From: Podarcis vaucheri
Taxonomy: Eukaryota
DNA: 64,000 nt
Assembly: GCA_965113315.1 (NCBI GenBank)
Contig: OZ220372.1
Reading direction: 5' to 3' (one strand)
Shown in pieces: positions 14,769-26,939 of this stretch. The notes beneath the pieces were generated by a model. It was given only the letters and a program-made list of their open reading frames with translations, ran no database searches and was not told the DNA's origin. The stretch's first letter is position 1; every line of letters begins with the position of its first letter. The position numbers were made by a program, and so were the translations under genes.

Positions 14769-15135
14769 CTAAATTGATAGAAGATCTGGTCCATATGCTG
14801 AAAAAGTCCAGGAAGGAGATGCCTGCAGACAAAGTGTTTCTTCTTTGGGGGTTTGCTGTGTAGCCTTCTCTGAATTGGCACTGAGACAGAGCTGTCTTTA
14901 TATACAATGGAAAACCAAGTCTCATCGCACAGGAACCAGAATGTCATAAGGTTGCATTGCAACCCACATCCATTGCCAAAATCCTGGTTTGTCTCAATAT
15001 TGTCCTCTTCACATGCACAGGAATATTTATTACATAGCAAAAGTCCAGACTGCATGCATCATGATTCCAACTTGATCGTCACACCTCACATCTTCTAGTC
15101 TTAACCCTGCTTCTTTGTTCTTAGCCTCCATAAAC

Positions 15136-15138
<3 letters not shown>

Positions 15139-15172
<34 letters not shown>
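15139..15172. repeat. (AC)n microsatellite
   Basis: direct reading. Confidence 0.95.
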
Positions 15173-15174
<2 letters not shown>

Positions 15175-15594
15175 TTTTCTGGTATGTGGTTGCTAAGAAC
15201 ATGGCTAAGACTTGAACAGTTATCTCCAAGGTTAGTGCTAATGGAACTCCAAGGCTTTATTATGCTAAATTTTTAGACTCTTGACTTTATGAAAGGCTAG
15301 AACAGAATTAAGAAGTTTGATACCTGTTTTGAAATCATTATATATAATAAAGAATAAATATATCCTAAGCATATATTTCTCTAACAAGCATTGACTGAAT
15401 CGGTTGTCAAATTGGCCCTGATGCTTCTGATTTATTGCGGTTGCCAACACAGTAAAACCATGTTGAAACTGCATCTTGTATTATTTAATTGTAACACCTG
15501 TACTTTGAATTGGGTGACACTTAAGTAGCATGGTCATGTTTAGAAATGTGTGAGACCAACTCTTGTAATTCCTTCATTGTTATCTTTCCAACAG

Positions 15595-15650
15595 CTCTGA
15601 AAAGTCCAGCTGCATTTCATGAACAGAGAAGGAGCTTGGAACGGGCCAGG
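15595..15650 (+). CDS. MRTFA: MRTFA exon (LKSPAAFHEQRRSLERAR)
   Basis: ccaacag|CTCTG...GCCAGG|gtaagc; RPEL1-RPEL2 spacer. Confidence 0.95.
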
Positions 15651-18600
15651 GTAAGCCACAAGTTAGCTTCAAGAGAGTTACTGCGTTTGTGATGTATTTT
15701 CAAAACTGTTTGCATATTCTTCTAAGTGCTTCTCTGTTGAGCATCTTGCATGTTTCCATTCTGCACACCACCTGTGATAGTTTCTCTTAATTATAAACAT
15801 ATCTGCACCTTTCAGGTACCTTGGACTTTGCTTGATTTTCTCTCTAGCTGAGAGCTTGATAATACAGAAGCTAAGTGGGAAACTGAAAAATAAGGAAACT
15901 GAATGTCTCATTTTGGGAGTATTTCAGTTCATTCCCAAAAGAGCCTCTTGTTAGCTGGATGAGAAGTGAATGCACTGGCTGCTGAATTGTTATCTTCTCT
16001 TCCTCTTTCTCCTTTAACATTTGTTTAAAGTTAATAGAATTAGAGCCTGGGTAAAATCACTCCAGATTTGCTATACAGTTTGTAAGGTGACTGATGATTC
16101 AAGATAAGTAACTGACTTTCCCCAAGTTTCCTGATCAATAGATGTGTTTCTCCCTATACCCAAGCAACCTGAGAATTTAACATACCACAACATAAGACTC
16201 TCAAAGTGCTTAGTGCTTTAAGTTCTGTGACCCATTCTGCTTGAGGTTCTCTGATACTGCTTAAATGTTCTGGAATCATTAGCCTGCTGCAATGGCAGGG
16301 GTAGTAAAAACCTGTGGGAATGTTATAGCTCGTCATATGCTTAAAAATACAAGATAACTTCCCTGTTAAAAAATCATGTACGTTATTTGCCTCAGTCCTG
16401 TCTTCCTACTTGGGTTCAGCATGCTGTTTTCCATATATATTTTTTGCAGACAGAGGACTACCTGAAACGGAAGATCCGGTCCCGGCCAGAGAGATCAGAG
16501 TTAGTGAGGATGCACATTCTGGAAGGTATGATTCTTGGCATGCAGTCTTCTCTTGTAAATTTTCACCCTTTATAGATACAACTTTACATTCATGGCTCTT
16601 GTATGTTAATCTTATTCAGCTGGGGATGGCTGGCTGGCGGATTGGGCCAGTACTGTTGGTGTGGGTCAGTGCTTTAACGTTGAGCAAAGTACTTTGCTAT
16701 CAAGGTCCTCCAGGCACACTGTCTGTATTCTTGAATTGCTGTAGGTTTTTGAACAAGTGCTGTGGGTCCCAGCTTCCTCCTTGAGCCCCATGTACTTCTC
16801 CAGGAAGAAAAAGCTAACCATCCTCCTCACCTTGTGACTTGGGCAGGGGTGGGGCCTCAGATACATCATAGGCACCAGGGGAAGACTTCAAGGACACCAT
16901 TGCATCTATGAGCATGGTGCAACCCCTGCATATCATTTAAGATACCTTTTCTTTGGGGGGGGGGGAATCCTGAGTGAATGTGGATGTACAGAAATGGTTG
17001 TGAGTAAGGAAAAGTGATGGGTGGCAGGTTAGCAAATTCTCCAGAGAATTATTTCTAAATGTTTTAAGGGATGGCAGTAGAAGCTTAGTGTGCTGTTGGA
17101 ACAGGATTGGGCAGTTTGTTTGTTTGTTGTTGTCATCATCATCATTGCTACCTGCCCTTCACCAATGGGTCCCAGGGCAAGTCACAAAAATTCTAAATTC
17201 ATAATTAAGAACAGGTAATATATATCACAGGAACAGGATTATTAGAATGTACTTAGGTATTTTGTTTACACATCACTGACCGTTGTGCATCATTTGCCCA
17301 GTTTTCTTTTGGTGGGGGCTTGAGACTTGCAATAAATGGGGGCTAGATTTTTTACAGGCCAATTCGAGCTCTTTCTGAGAAGAAATTAGAGAATTTACTG
17401 TGAACTACTAACTTAAAAAAAATAAATCTCCTGACAGTAAAAGAGCAGACCAAACATAACTTCCATTGTATTCAGCTTGCTCTTGATGGAGGGGAGTGTG
17501 CTGCCAACAAATAGAACTGCTCTTAGTGGAGGGCATGTATCCATGCAGACGGTGAACTGCCAACTTTGTACTGAGGTCATGTACTTGAGAGGTGATCATA
17601 TTTTTTGCTGTTCCCCTGAGCAGAGACCTCTGCTGAACCTTCCCTTCAGGCCAAGCAGCTGAAGTTGAAGCGGGCCAGACTGGCCGATGACCTCAATGAG
17701 AAGATTGCCCAGCGGCCAGGTCCCATGGAATTGGTGGAGAAGAACATTCTGCCTGTAGAATCAAGCCTGAAGGAAGCTCTCATTGGTAAGGTTGGTGGGG
17801 TAGGTGGAGGCCTGCATGTATGTGTTGGGTCCTGTGGCAGTTTGCTAGCACCTCTCACTGTGCCACTGGACCAAGGAAAGTAGTGCATACATGTTACCTT
17901 ATCCAGTGCATGTGGCAGACTTGAAGCAGAACCCCAGTGTATTAAAAACACTAGTTGATCTCCATGCCTATAAAAGCTGCTGTAGGATGGTTGTCTTCTC
18001 TTAGCTTGCACATTCTGCTTTTCTTCCTAAAAAACTATCTACTTGTTTACAGCCATTCATTTGAGTGGTCCTGCTTTGGTAAGCGAGAGGGCTGAGAAGA
18101 GAAAAAGAGAAAGCTGGAAGGTTTGGTCTTCTTAAAAACAAGTATGAACAGCTGTGTGGTCTGCTAGTGCCATCCTCTGGCCAGAGGAATCACCATTGTA
18201 TGGTCTCTTCATCGTAGTCTTCATAGACTATTTTGCTGTAGCATCCTTCAGAGAAGAAAAGGGAAATAGTTTTGAATGAGAAAACGTTAATCTTCTGGGA
18301 AGTGTTAGGGAGTAGCAGAAATAAGCCTGACATAAAGCAACTCTAGAGGTTTGGATTGTCTTTCTCCTCCGTCATACAGTCTTATAACTCTCCTTTTTCT
18401 CATGTTCTACCCATAAAAATGGGCTTTTGGTTCTCTTCTCCCAACCTCCTTTCACAGAAAAAAATCTTGTTAAGAAATACAGGAATATTTTTTGTGAAGG
18501 ATATAAATCGTAAATAAACATAAGTGTCTATAGCAGTTAGGCCTCACAGATTATTCCTTCTAATGCTCTTAAAAAAAAAAAAAAGACAACTGGCAAAATA

Positions 18601-21600
18601 TCTATCTCCAGTGCTCCTTTTTGCTTTCATAATCTCAACTGTTCATTCCAACCTGCAGGCAGGATATGACACAAAGCTTGCTCCAGTTGTCCTTACACCT
18701 GTCTCTGCAGAGAGGCAGAAGACGATATTCTTGTTAATCCTGGTGTTAACTATTTCTTCTCAGGTTGTGACATTGATTTTTTAAAAAATTGTCTAAAGCT
18801 TGTTTGGTTTTTCACTGTCTCATATTTCTTGTGATGTCCAGAACCATCTTCTGCTAATCATTCTTGACCCCTTTCCATTTGTTTAGTGAATAAATGTAAA
18901 TTTATTATTTTCAGTAGGTCAAGTGAACTACCCAAAAGTAGCAGACAGCTCCTCCTTTGATGAGGACAGCAGTGATGCCCTGTCTCCAGAACAGCCAGCT
19001 AGCCATGAATCCCAGGGATCCGTGCCATCCCCAATGGAAGCTCGAGTTTGCGAGTCACTTCCCACCCCCACAACAGCATCCCCTGCTCAGGTGAGATTAT
19101 CATAGCCTTGGTGCCTGCACCAGTCACATAGGTGCCTTTTCCTGGAGGATACAAAAAAGTCCTCTGCAAGGTGTGGATTCCAAAGGAGTCATTTGTGGAT
19201 TAGAGCAGAAACACCTGAATACTGAAGTTATGCTAACGAAAGCTTCTATATTCCTTTACTTTGGGCTGAAAATAGTTGAATGTGAACCCAAAGGGGTATC
19301 CTGTTTGGGGGAGGAATAAGGCCCTGGCCTTGCTCTACAGTGGGGCTGATACTGGGAGCATAGGAAATTGCCTTACACTGAAGCTGACCAATGGTCCTTC
19401 TCATTCAGTATTGTCCAGACTGACTGGCAGTGGTTTCAGAAGAGACATTCCCAGCCCTACCTGGGAGATGCCAGGGATTGAACTTGGGACCTTCTGCGTG
19501 CAAAACAGATGCTATATTACTGAGCTATAGCTCTTCCTCTGAATTGAGCCCATTCACAGTACTGTTTCTTTGTATGCAGCTGCAAGTGAGAAGCAACAAA
19601 TCTGCAAAAATGGAATTTGTCTGCCTTTCCTCTGGGAGTGGCATGTAATCAACACATTTTGACTCCATAAGCTGCTTCCATATCTTGGAAAGGGAAGCGC
19701 TCAGGTGTAGATATGGGCATGTGCATCTCATACTTGGATTTACTGTTGCAGGTCGTGTGTCAGTTGAAAATCAGTGCAGATTCCAGTGAGACCCCTTTTC
19801 TGTCTGAGCAGCCACCAACTCCCCTGCCACCCCTGCCGCCTCCAGTGCCTCCTAATCTCACCAATGGTGTTGTTGCTCCTGCTGCCAAACCACTCCCAAC
19901 CCTTATAAAGGTACCTTTCTATAAAGGGGTTAAATTGATGGGATGTGGGCGTGCTTAAGATTGGGTGGGAATTGTTGGCCTTGTTCTTCTGTAATGCTAA
20001 ACTGCTAGCAGGGAACCTTTTTAAAGAAAAGTCCTTTCCAACTGCTGTGTCCATAAACGCACCCCTACCCTATCCCACATGTTGGGATTTAGCCTCCCAT
20101 TTGCTGTTGTATTGTTACATAATGGGCATGTATTCCGCCCCTGCCCCACCCCCCGAAGAATTTGTAGTTAATTCAGCAAAAGCTAACTGTGTGTCCCCTT
20201 CTGTGGCTTGTAGCTCTACATATTCTGGAAAGGGCCGGTAGCTTGAACCAGCCATATGGAACATGACAGCAAATACTAATAACTGTTTCTGTATTTGCAC
20301 TCTTTATTCTTACTGTCCTGCCCTTTGATTCACCTGTATTTTCACTCTGAATAGCAAAGCCAGTCCAAGTCCTCATGCGAAAAGTCTCAGCGCAGCAAAA
20401 AATCCAAGGAACCGAAACCGAAAGTCAAGAAGTTAAAATATCACCAATACATCCCGCCGGACCAAAAACAGGACAAAGGAGCTCCTCCCATGGATTCATC
20501 TTATGCCAAAATCCTGCAGCAACAACAGCTTTTCTTGCAGCTTCAGATCCTTAATCAACAGCAGCAGCAGCACTACAACTATCAAACCATTCTGCCAGCT
20601 CCACCAAAGTATGGGTTGCTTCATGCTATTATTCCCCCCCCCCCATATCATGGGCGGTCCTCTTTTAGCAGTATCCATCTGTCTCTCCATCCAACCAATC
20701 CCACCCTAGAACGGGAGTTGTACACCATCCACTGTCCCCTCATGCTCAGAGTAGCTTGCCTATGTAGGTATTGCAAACATGTTAGTGCTTGCAGCTTTCA
20801 GAACTAGCTTGCTGTGTGCATGTGGCAGAGGTGCTTGGGACAGTCAAGAAGCTGTGACGTTCTTCAAGAGTTTAGTGTGTTTAAAGTATTTAGATAAGCA
20901 TTCCAGGTGTGGTTGGCAGTATGACTTTGTAAGGTTCTTTTAAGTCCTGTCCATCACCTCTAACTTGAAATGGAAGCTTGTGCATAGAATTGACTCGGTA
21001 TCAGATCACCAGTATTTATTTGATATGAATTCAGTATACACCGTTGTTTCATTTTGCAAGTATATCTGGCTGTTTTCACAACAAGCAGAATATAGGCAAT
21101 GAAGCAAGATATCTGAAATGTCTGCTGTATTAGAATAAAAAGGGCAGTCAATAACAGTTGGCAAGCACACACGGAGGCTGCCAAAATAGAATTTCCAAGC
21201 AACCATGGAGCTAGGAAGGGTCATTTATGTAGCGCTGTATCTTGAGGGCAGACTATTGACCACCTTCTCAAGAGATCATATGGATGTCCATTGGGCTTCC
21301 CAGTAGTAGCAGCAAAGAACAGAGTGTTGTGATCAGTTCCGCTGCCCAGTGTTCAGCTCCTGCTTTCCTCTCCCTTCAGGCCTCCAGGAGAGCAGCAGAG
21401 CAGCAGTAGTGCCCCACCCATGCGTAATCTCTCCACTGCTGTCAGCAGCACCTCTTCTGTTTCTTCCAGTTCTAATGGATTGATGCGGCAAAACAGCAAC
21501 ACTCCAGTGGGCAAACCAGGAGCTCTCCCTGTTAATCTTGATGACATGAAGGTAAACAAAGCGTCTATTGGCCAGCTTGGTGTTTGATGAAGAAAGTGGG

Positions 21601-24600
21601 GGTATAAATGTTACAAGAAAGAGTGAGCACATATTTTCTTTTAGAAAGGTAGGATATAAATTTGTTTAAATAAGTGCTGTTGCTGCTATTAGCACTGAAC
21701 TTGATGGTCAGTATTGGTATTCAGACCAGATGGTTGAATAAGTAAGTGGCCTTCCTGCTTTTGTGATGAAACTCTTGGACTGATAGTTGTGGACCTGGCA
21801 GCAAGTGATAAATGAAAGATTGAGAACCTGTAACCCTCAAGATATCCTTGAACTCCTCCTTGTGTTAACCCTGAGCATTGGTCACCTTAGTCATGAATGA
21901 TGGCAGCTGGAATTCAACATCTGGAGGGCCAGAGGTTCACCATCTTTGTGCTAAATATAGGATGATTATGCCTATTCAGGCCTGTTCAGTTATTTAAATT
22001 TTTAAAAGATGAGCTAGTTATTTTAATTACTATTTTGTATTGTTCTTACAGTATTTTAGATTCTTTTGGAACTGTATACATTGCTGCATACGAATTGAAG
22101 TAGGTGTTGTAAACGAGATTGTTCTAGCCGATACGGCTTTTGATTGACTGCAAACTGTTTTATGTTAGGTGGCAGAGCTGAAGCAAGAGTTGAAGCTAAG
22201 AGCGCTGCCTGTGTCAGGCACCAAGATGGATCTAATTGAGCGGCTCAAGGCTTACCAGGAGCAGAACGGTGCAGCTGGCCGAGCAGCTGCCGCTCCAAAG
22301 CCCAGTACAGCAATTCTCCCCAAGGCTGCGGATGTGGTGGTGGCCTTCCCAGCTGCCAGGCTGAGCACAGGGCCTGCCCTGGTCAGCGCTGGCATCACTT
22401 CAGCCGAAGTTGTTGTGGCCACAGTCGCTGGCAATGGTGTGATGAAGTTTGGTAGCACAGGCTCGACTCCTCCTGTGTCGCCCACCCCCTCAGAGCGCTC
22501 CCTGATGAGTGCCGGGGATGAGAATTCGACCAGTGGGGATGCCTTTGGGGAGATGGTGACCTCTCCCCTGACTCAGCTTACCTTGCAAGCATCTCCTGTG
22601 CAATTTCTGGTGAAGGAAGAGAGCTCCAAAGGCACCACTTGCAGCTTTAATTCATCATCCAAGGCAGAGCTCTGCTGCAACAACAGTCAGCAAGACATGG
22701 AGGTCCAGGATAAAGACCAGATGTTGCAGGAGAAAGATAAGCAGATTGAGGAGCTCACCCGCATGTTGAAACAGAAGCAGCAGCTGGTGGAGATGCTGAA
22801 GCTGCAGCTGGAGAAAGAAAAGCGGTCTCAGCAGCTCCTGCCTGCCACCTCTGTTGGAGAAGAGGGCACAGCCACAGTCCCCGAGCCGCTGACTTTTGGC
22901 ACCCGTGTCAAGAGTGAAAAGGGCTTTCTGAGTTGCCAGTCTTCAGGGCAGCCCAACTGCCAAACCGACCAATCAAAACCCACACAGACCACTAGCCAAA
23001 TGGACACCTCAGATGAAAGTTCAGTGCCAAAGAAAGCAGTGATGGTGAAGCAAGAGGTGCCAGCTGCCGAAACTGAGCCACCAAGCCAGACCTCAAGCTT
23101 CTTCATTGGCCAGCAAGGTGCAGGCTTCAGTAACCTCATCAAAGGAGCTCCTCCCCCCACCCTCATCACAGATTCCACTGGCACTCACATAGTTCTCACC
23201 GTGACCAATCAGAATGCTGAGAGGCAGGGCCTCTCGCCTCAGGAAAAAGCGGGGAGCTGTCCCTTGCCATTGAGGGTAGGTATACATACAGTGATGATTC
23301 TTGAATGAAGGCTGTCTATCTAACCAGAGGAGGGCTTTCAAACAATGAACAGACTCAAATCACATTGCTTTAGAATTGAATAGTTTTAATTCCTGTAGTT
23401 GTGCTTGTAATTATGGAAGTGGCATGTCAGCACAAAATGATCTCTACAAAGAATGGCTGGGAATTCTCTTTGGGAGTAGCATCAATGTATTGATTGGTTG
23501 ATTACAATTACTGAGTTGCCTGAAGGAAGCCCCCCGCCACTGCCATCCCTCTTCTGGCCACAGGCTAGAGCCAGGTTTTTCCCCTCCGGCCCTCCCTGCA
23601 GGNNNNNNNNNNNNNNNNNNNNNNNNNNNNNNNNNNNNNNNNNNNNNNNNNNNNNNNNNNNNNNNNNNNNNNNNNNNNNNNNNNNNNNNNNNNNNNNNNN
23701 NNNNNNNNNNNNNNNNNNNNNNNNNNNNNNNNNNNNNNNNNNNTGACTTCTGTCAATGTCATTTCATATTTAATTTGCGTCTGCAGCAACTAGATCTAAA
23801 GATTGACTTTTCAGGTGTGGGGTGTGTTAAAAACCTCTAAAATGTTGTGTATCCTTCTCTCTCAGAGAGTGTCCTCACCACCTGTGAAAACATCTATCCA
23901 ACAACCTGTAAGCAGCTCCCAGTCGCCTCTGCAGCCACCGCCAGTGGAGCCCATTAAGAAGGTAGGGAACAAAACAGGTGGTCAGCTAACATCTTGCATT
24001 TTAGGGCAAGTAGCACTTTGAATTGTGCCTGGAAACTAATTAGTATCCAGCGCAGTTGTGCCAGAAGTGGTGTTATATATTAGAGTGCTGGACTAGGACC
24101 TGGGAGAACAGGGTTTGAATCCCCACTCAGCCATGAATTTTGTTCTGTGAGCTGCCCTGAGACCTCCATGTATAGGGCGGTATATAATTTCTGTAAATAA
24201 TATAATAAATAATGAAGCTCATTGAGTATTTTGGGCCAGTCACCATCTCTTAGTCTAGCCTCCCTTGCAGAGTTGTTGTGAGGATGAAATGGGGAGGAGG
24301 AGAACCATGTACACCTCTTTGACCTGATTGAAAGATCAGGATGGTATATCAATGTCGTAAACAAACACCATCCCACCTTGGTAAATAACCTAAGCTGTCT
24401 TCAAAGGCAGCTCCCCTTATAGTGCACTGCAGTAGTCCAGCCAGAGGCTACCAGAGCATAGACAATACAAGTCAGGGACACAGCTGAGCCTCCAGTTGAA
24501 GCTGATAGAGGACACTCAGTACCCCTGATGCCAGTTGAGCCTCAAATGACAGTAATGGGTCCAGACATACCCCCAAGCTATGTACCTTCTCCTTCAGAGG

Positions 24601-26939
24601 GACTCTTATTGCCATGCTTCTCATCTAGAATGTTTCTTTTAGCATAGAATCTTTTTTCTTCATGTTTGCTGAGGATGATGCCCAGCTTTGCCTGGGTGCT
24701 TTGGGAATACACTTGGCATGTGGTGCTACTCTTTGGACCAGCCTGAGTCTGACTTTTCCCTTGTGCCTCTCCATAGGTTCAGAAGCCAGGCCTGCAGATG
24801 GTCACAGGGCAGCTGCCTCAAACAGTCTTGTCTTTTTCTTCGCCCCCCAACTTGCAGCCCTTCTTCGTGAATGGCTTTCACAAAGGACCCATGAAAACAA
24901 GTGGTAAAACTGGCCAGTCCAGCATGCCCAAAAAGGTACCCTGCCAACAAGCCCCACTCCAATTCAGATGAATATGTTGGGGAACATTAGGCAATAGATG
25001 TCATAGGCCAGGCCTCTAGAAATGTGTGTCCTACTGAAATGATGCTGCTTCCAACATTCCAACATTCTCTTTTTGTTTAGGGGAGGTATTTGGAAATGTA
25101 TACATGTACTTGCTTGTCCTGGGCACTGGGACCTGACCTCTCCTGCTCCCATAACCGATAAATAATGGCAGAACTGAAGCAGGGGTGGATTGGTGGGGAA
25201 CGTTTCATGAGAAACTTTGTGCTCTGCAAAATGTAGGACTTGGATCTGGCCTGCAGGAAAATTGCTGTGTTGCAGAAATGCAGTACTTCCTGAGCCAGGC
25301 AAGTCAATGTTGAATCAGACGAGGTCATGCATTGTATACCCTTGACCGTGGTGCAAGTAGCTATGATGCCTATATGAAGAGGGAAGCAGGAAAGGTAACA
25401 TCAGAGGCTCCACTGTGAATTATCTGAGAAGGGAGGCTTGTATGCTGAGGATGCGTGCAAATGGCCCATCTGGGAATATTGTTCATTGCTTTTCTTCTTC
25501 TTTCTTCACAGCTTCTCTCGCAACCAGGATCTCCATCTCCTCCATCTCCACCCCAAATGGATCTTGAGCAGCAGAACTCATCCTTCTTTGGTACTCCACC
25601 ACCTTTGCCTCTCCCTGCCTCTTCCGTGTTGATGAAAGAACCACCAGGTTATGAAGAGGCCGTGAAGCAGCAGCCAAAGCCCCTTGAGGTGAGAGTAGCT
25701 CCTTTGTGTTGACAAATCAGAAGCATGTTGGTGTTGGTGCTGTTTTGCAAAAATAGTGCACACTTTGTCTGTCAGTCCTGAAATTCTCAGGAATCAAATA
25801 TGCAACAGCCTCCCTAGGGTTAGAGCCATCTTCCATTTATTTGAGGTAGGACACAGATTGCAAGTGTCCACCCTTCATACCAAGGCTGTGGTTGTGCCAT
25901 TTTTGCTAAGTGACACCGACAATCTGGTGAATGTGCAGTTTGGCCAGAAGATCATTGGAAGATAAGTGTTGCTGCATGGCTGGTGAATGCAATGTCTAAA
26001 TAAGCACCCGTTCCTTCTTTTTCAGGAAAATGGGTGTTCCAGTCAGCAAATGGATGACCTGTTTGACATCTTAATTGAGCATGGAGGTAAGTAGACAATC
26101 TGGATTTATGTTAGGGACTTCTGTGGCTTCTGCAGCAGTGAGGCTGGCCATCTGAAAGAGAACACTAATGAGCCTTTGTTTGAAGCCAGTTTAAGGGGCA
26201 AATTTCCTTTGTAGGTTTGTGTGTACACTTGGTCCTGAAAGAGACATTTGTGCCACTTAGCAGATTTCAAAAGGATGTAGCAGCTTAATCTGCAGCAGTG
26301 CTCATGGGTTCTTTGAGCGGTTGGTGCGTGCAGCACTTGCACAGCCCTAAGACTTGTGGCCATGTTTAGGAGCAGCAAAAATATTGCAAGCATCCATGGA
26401 TTTAAGTGCTTTTTTTCTCTCTCTCAGAGATTTCAGCTCAGTTCAAGGAGCAATCTTCCCCAGGAAGGAAAGGCGCCACTATTTCCCCAGGATGCCCTTC
26501 TCCGTCCAACAGCCACCATTCCTCAGAGCTCCCCCTGCAGGTGCCCATGAGCCACACCAGCTCTATTAATCCCACCCCAGCAGGCAGGCTGGAAGACTTC
26601 TTGGTAAGCAGCACTGGCCTCCCCTTGCTGACAGCTGGCCCTGATGGACCTGAGCCTCTGTCCCTAATTGACCTCTACAGCGAGATGCTAAGCAGTTCAG
26701 CTATCCTGGACCACCCATCTTCACCTATGGACACATCAGAATTGCACTTTGCCCCTGAGTCTACTGGGGAACCAAGCTTGGACCTGGGAGAGGCTAACTT
26801 GGACAGTATGGATTGGTTGGAGCTGTCAGGAGGGCCAGTGATGAGCCTCACCCCCCTCAGTACTGCAACACCTAGCCTCTTCTCCACAGATTTCCTTGAT
26901 GGACATGATTTACAGCTGCACTGGGATTCTTGCTTATAG
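15595..26939 (+). CDS. MRTFA: Myocardin-related transcription factor A (MKL1/MAL), 5'-partial spliced CDS, 13 exons in window
   Basis: join(15595-15650,16450-16525,17624-17785,18915-19090,19752-19910,20355-20608,21380-21551,22169-23275,23866-23961,24777-24935,25512-25688,26026-26086,26428-26939). All introns GT-AG and frame continuous. Contains RPEL motifs (RPERSELVRMHIL, RPGPMELVEKNIL), B1 box KPKVKKLKYHQYIPPDQK, Q-box, SAP domain, leucine zipper and C-terminal DLQLHWDSCL*. Lies tail-to-tail with SGSM3 as in human. RPEL1 and start exons were not found and are presumably upstream of the window. Confidence 0.96.
16450..16525 (+). CDS. MRTFA: MRTFA exon, RPEL2
   Basis: tttgcag|ACAGAG...GAAG|gtatga; TEDYLKRKIRSRPERSELVRMHILE. 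Confidence 0.96.
17624..17785 (+). CDS. MRTFA: MRTFA exon, RPEL3
   Basis: gagcag|AGACC...CATTG|gtaagg; QLKLKRARLADDLNEKIAQRPGPMELVEKNILP. Confidence 0.96.
18915..19090 (+). CDS. MRTFA: MRTFA exon (NAGNAG acceptor)
   Basis: ttttcag|TAG|GTC...CTCAG|gtgaga; VGQVNYPKVADSSSFDEDSSDALSPEQPASHES. Confidence 0.94.
19358..19530 (-). mobile_element. Squam3-like tRNA-derived SINE
   Basis: Same family as 8687-8852 (GAGACATTCCCAGCCCTACCTGGGAGATGCCAGGGATTGAAC...ACTGAGCTAT). Confidence 0.75.
19752..19910 (+). CDS. MRTFA: MRTFA exon (Pro-rich)
   Basis: ttgcag|GTCGTG...ATAAAG|gtacct; PPLPPPVPPNLTNG...KPLPTLIK. Confidence 0.92.
20355..20608 (+). CDS. MRTFA: MRTFA exon, basic B1 box and Q-rich domain (SRF binding)
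   Basis: gaatag|CAAAGC...CCAAA|gtatgg; KPKVKKLKYHQYIPPDQK...LFLQLQILNQQQQQHYNYQ. Confidence 0.96.
21380..21551 (+). CDS. MRTFA: MRTFA exon preceding SAP domain
   Basis: cttcag|GCCTCC...ATGAAG|gtaaac; RQNSNTPVGKPGALPVNLDDMK. Confidence 0.94.
22169..23275 (+). CDS. MRTFA: MRTFA large exon, SAP domain and leucine zipper
   Basis: tgttag|GTGGCA...TTGAGG|gtaggt; VAELKQELKLRALPVSGTKMDLIERL, STGSTPPVSPTPSERS, DKDQMLQEKDKQIEELTRML; SUMO-consensus VKEE, VKSE, VKQE. Confidence 0.96.
23603..23743. other. Assembly gap (141 N) in an MRTFA intron
   Basis: run of n. Confidence 0.99.
23866..23961 (+). CDS. MRTFA: MRTFA phase 0-0 exon (32 aa)
   Basis: ctctctcag|AGAGTG...AAGAAG|gtaggg; open, 96 nt, keeps frame. 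Confidence 0.72.
24080..24362 (+). mobile_element. MIR/CORE-like SINE with a nested LINE 3'-tail fragment (about 24147-24213)
   Basis: GGTTTGAATCCCCACTCAGCCATGAA...GGGCCAGTCAC...GTTGTTGTGAGGAT; related decayed copies at about 1983-2121 (-) and 5235-5345 (+). Confidence 0.65.
24777..24935 (+). CDS. MRTFA: MRTFA phase 0-0 exon (53 aa)
   Basis: ctccatag|GTTCAG...AAAAAG|gtaccc; open, 159 nt; SPPNLQPFFVNG. Confidence 0.75.
25512..25688 (+). CDS. MRTFA: MRTFA exon with PPxY motif
   Basis: ttcacag|CTTCTC...CTTGAG|gtgaga; SQPGSP...QMDLEQ...KEPPGYEEAVKQQP. Confidence 0.94.
26026..26086 (+). CDS. MRTFA: MRTFA exon (ENGCSSQQMDDLFDILIEHG)
   Basis: tttcag|GAAAAT...TGGAG|gtaagt. Confidence 0.95.
26428..26939 (+). 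CDS. MRTFA: MRTFA last coding exon, transactivation domain
   Basis: tctcag|AGATTT...TGCTTATAG; GRLEDFL, LDSMDWLEL, FSTDFLDGHDLQLHWDSCL*. Confidence 0.96.

Noticed and set aside
1-15594. Short ORFs and a possible MRTFA RPEL1 or start exon
   Set aside because: No RPEL1-like translation found; the region behaves as one long repeat-containing intron.
22252-23341. Minus-strand ORFs over the MRTFA large exon
   Set aside because: Antisense shadows of coding sequence.
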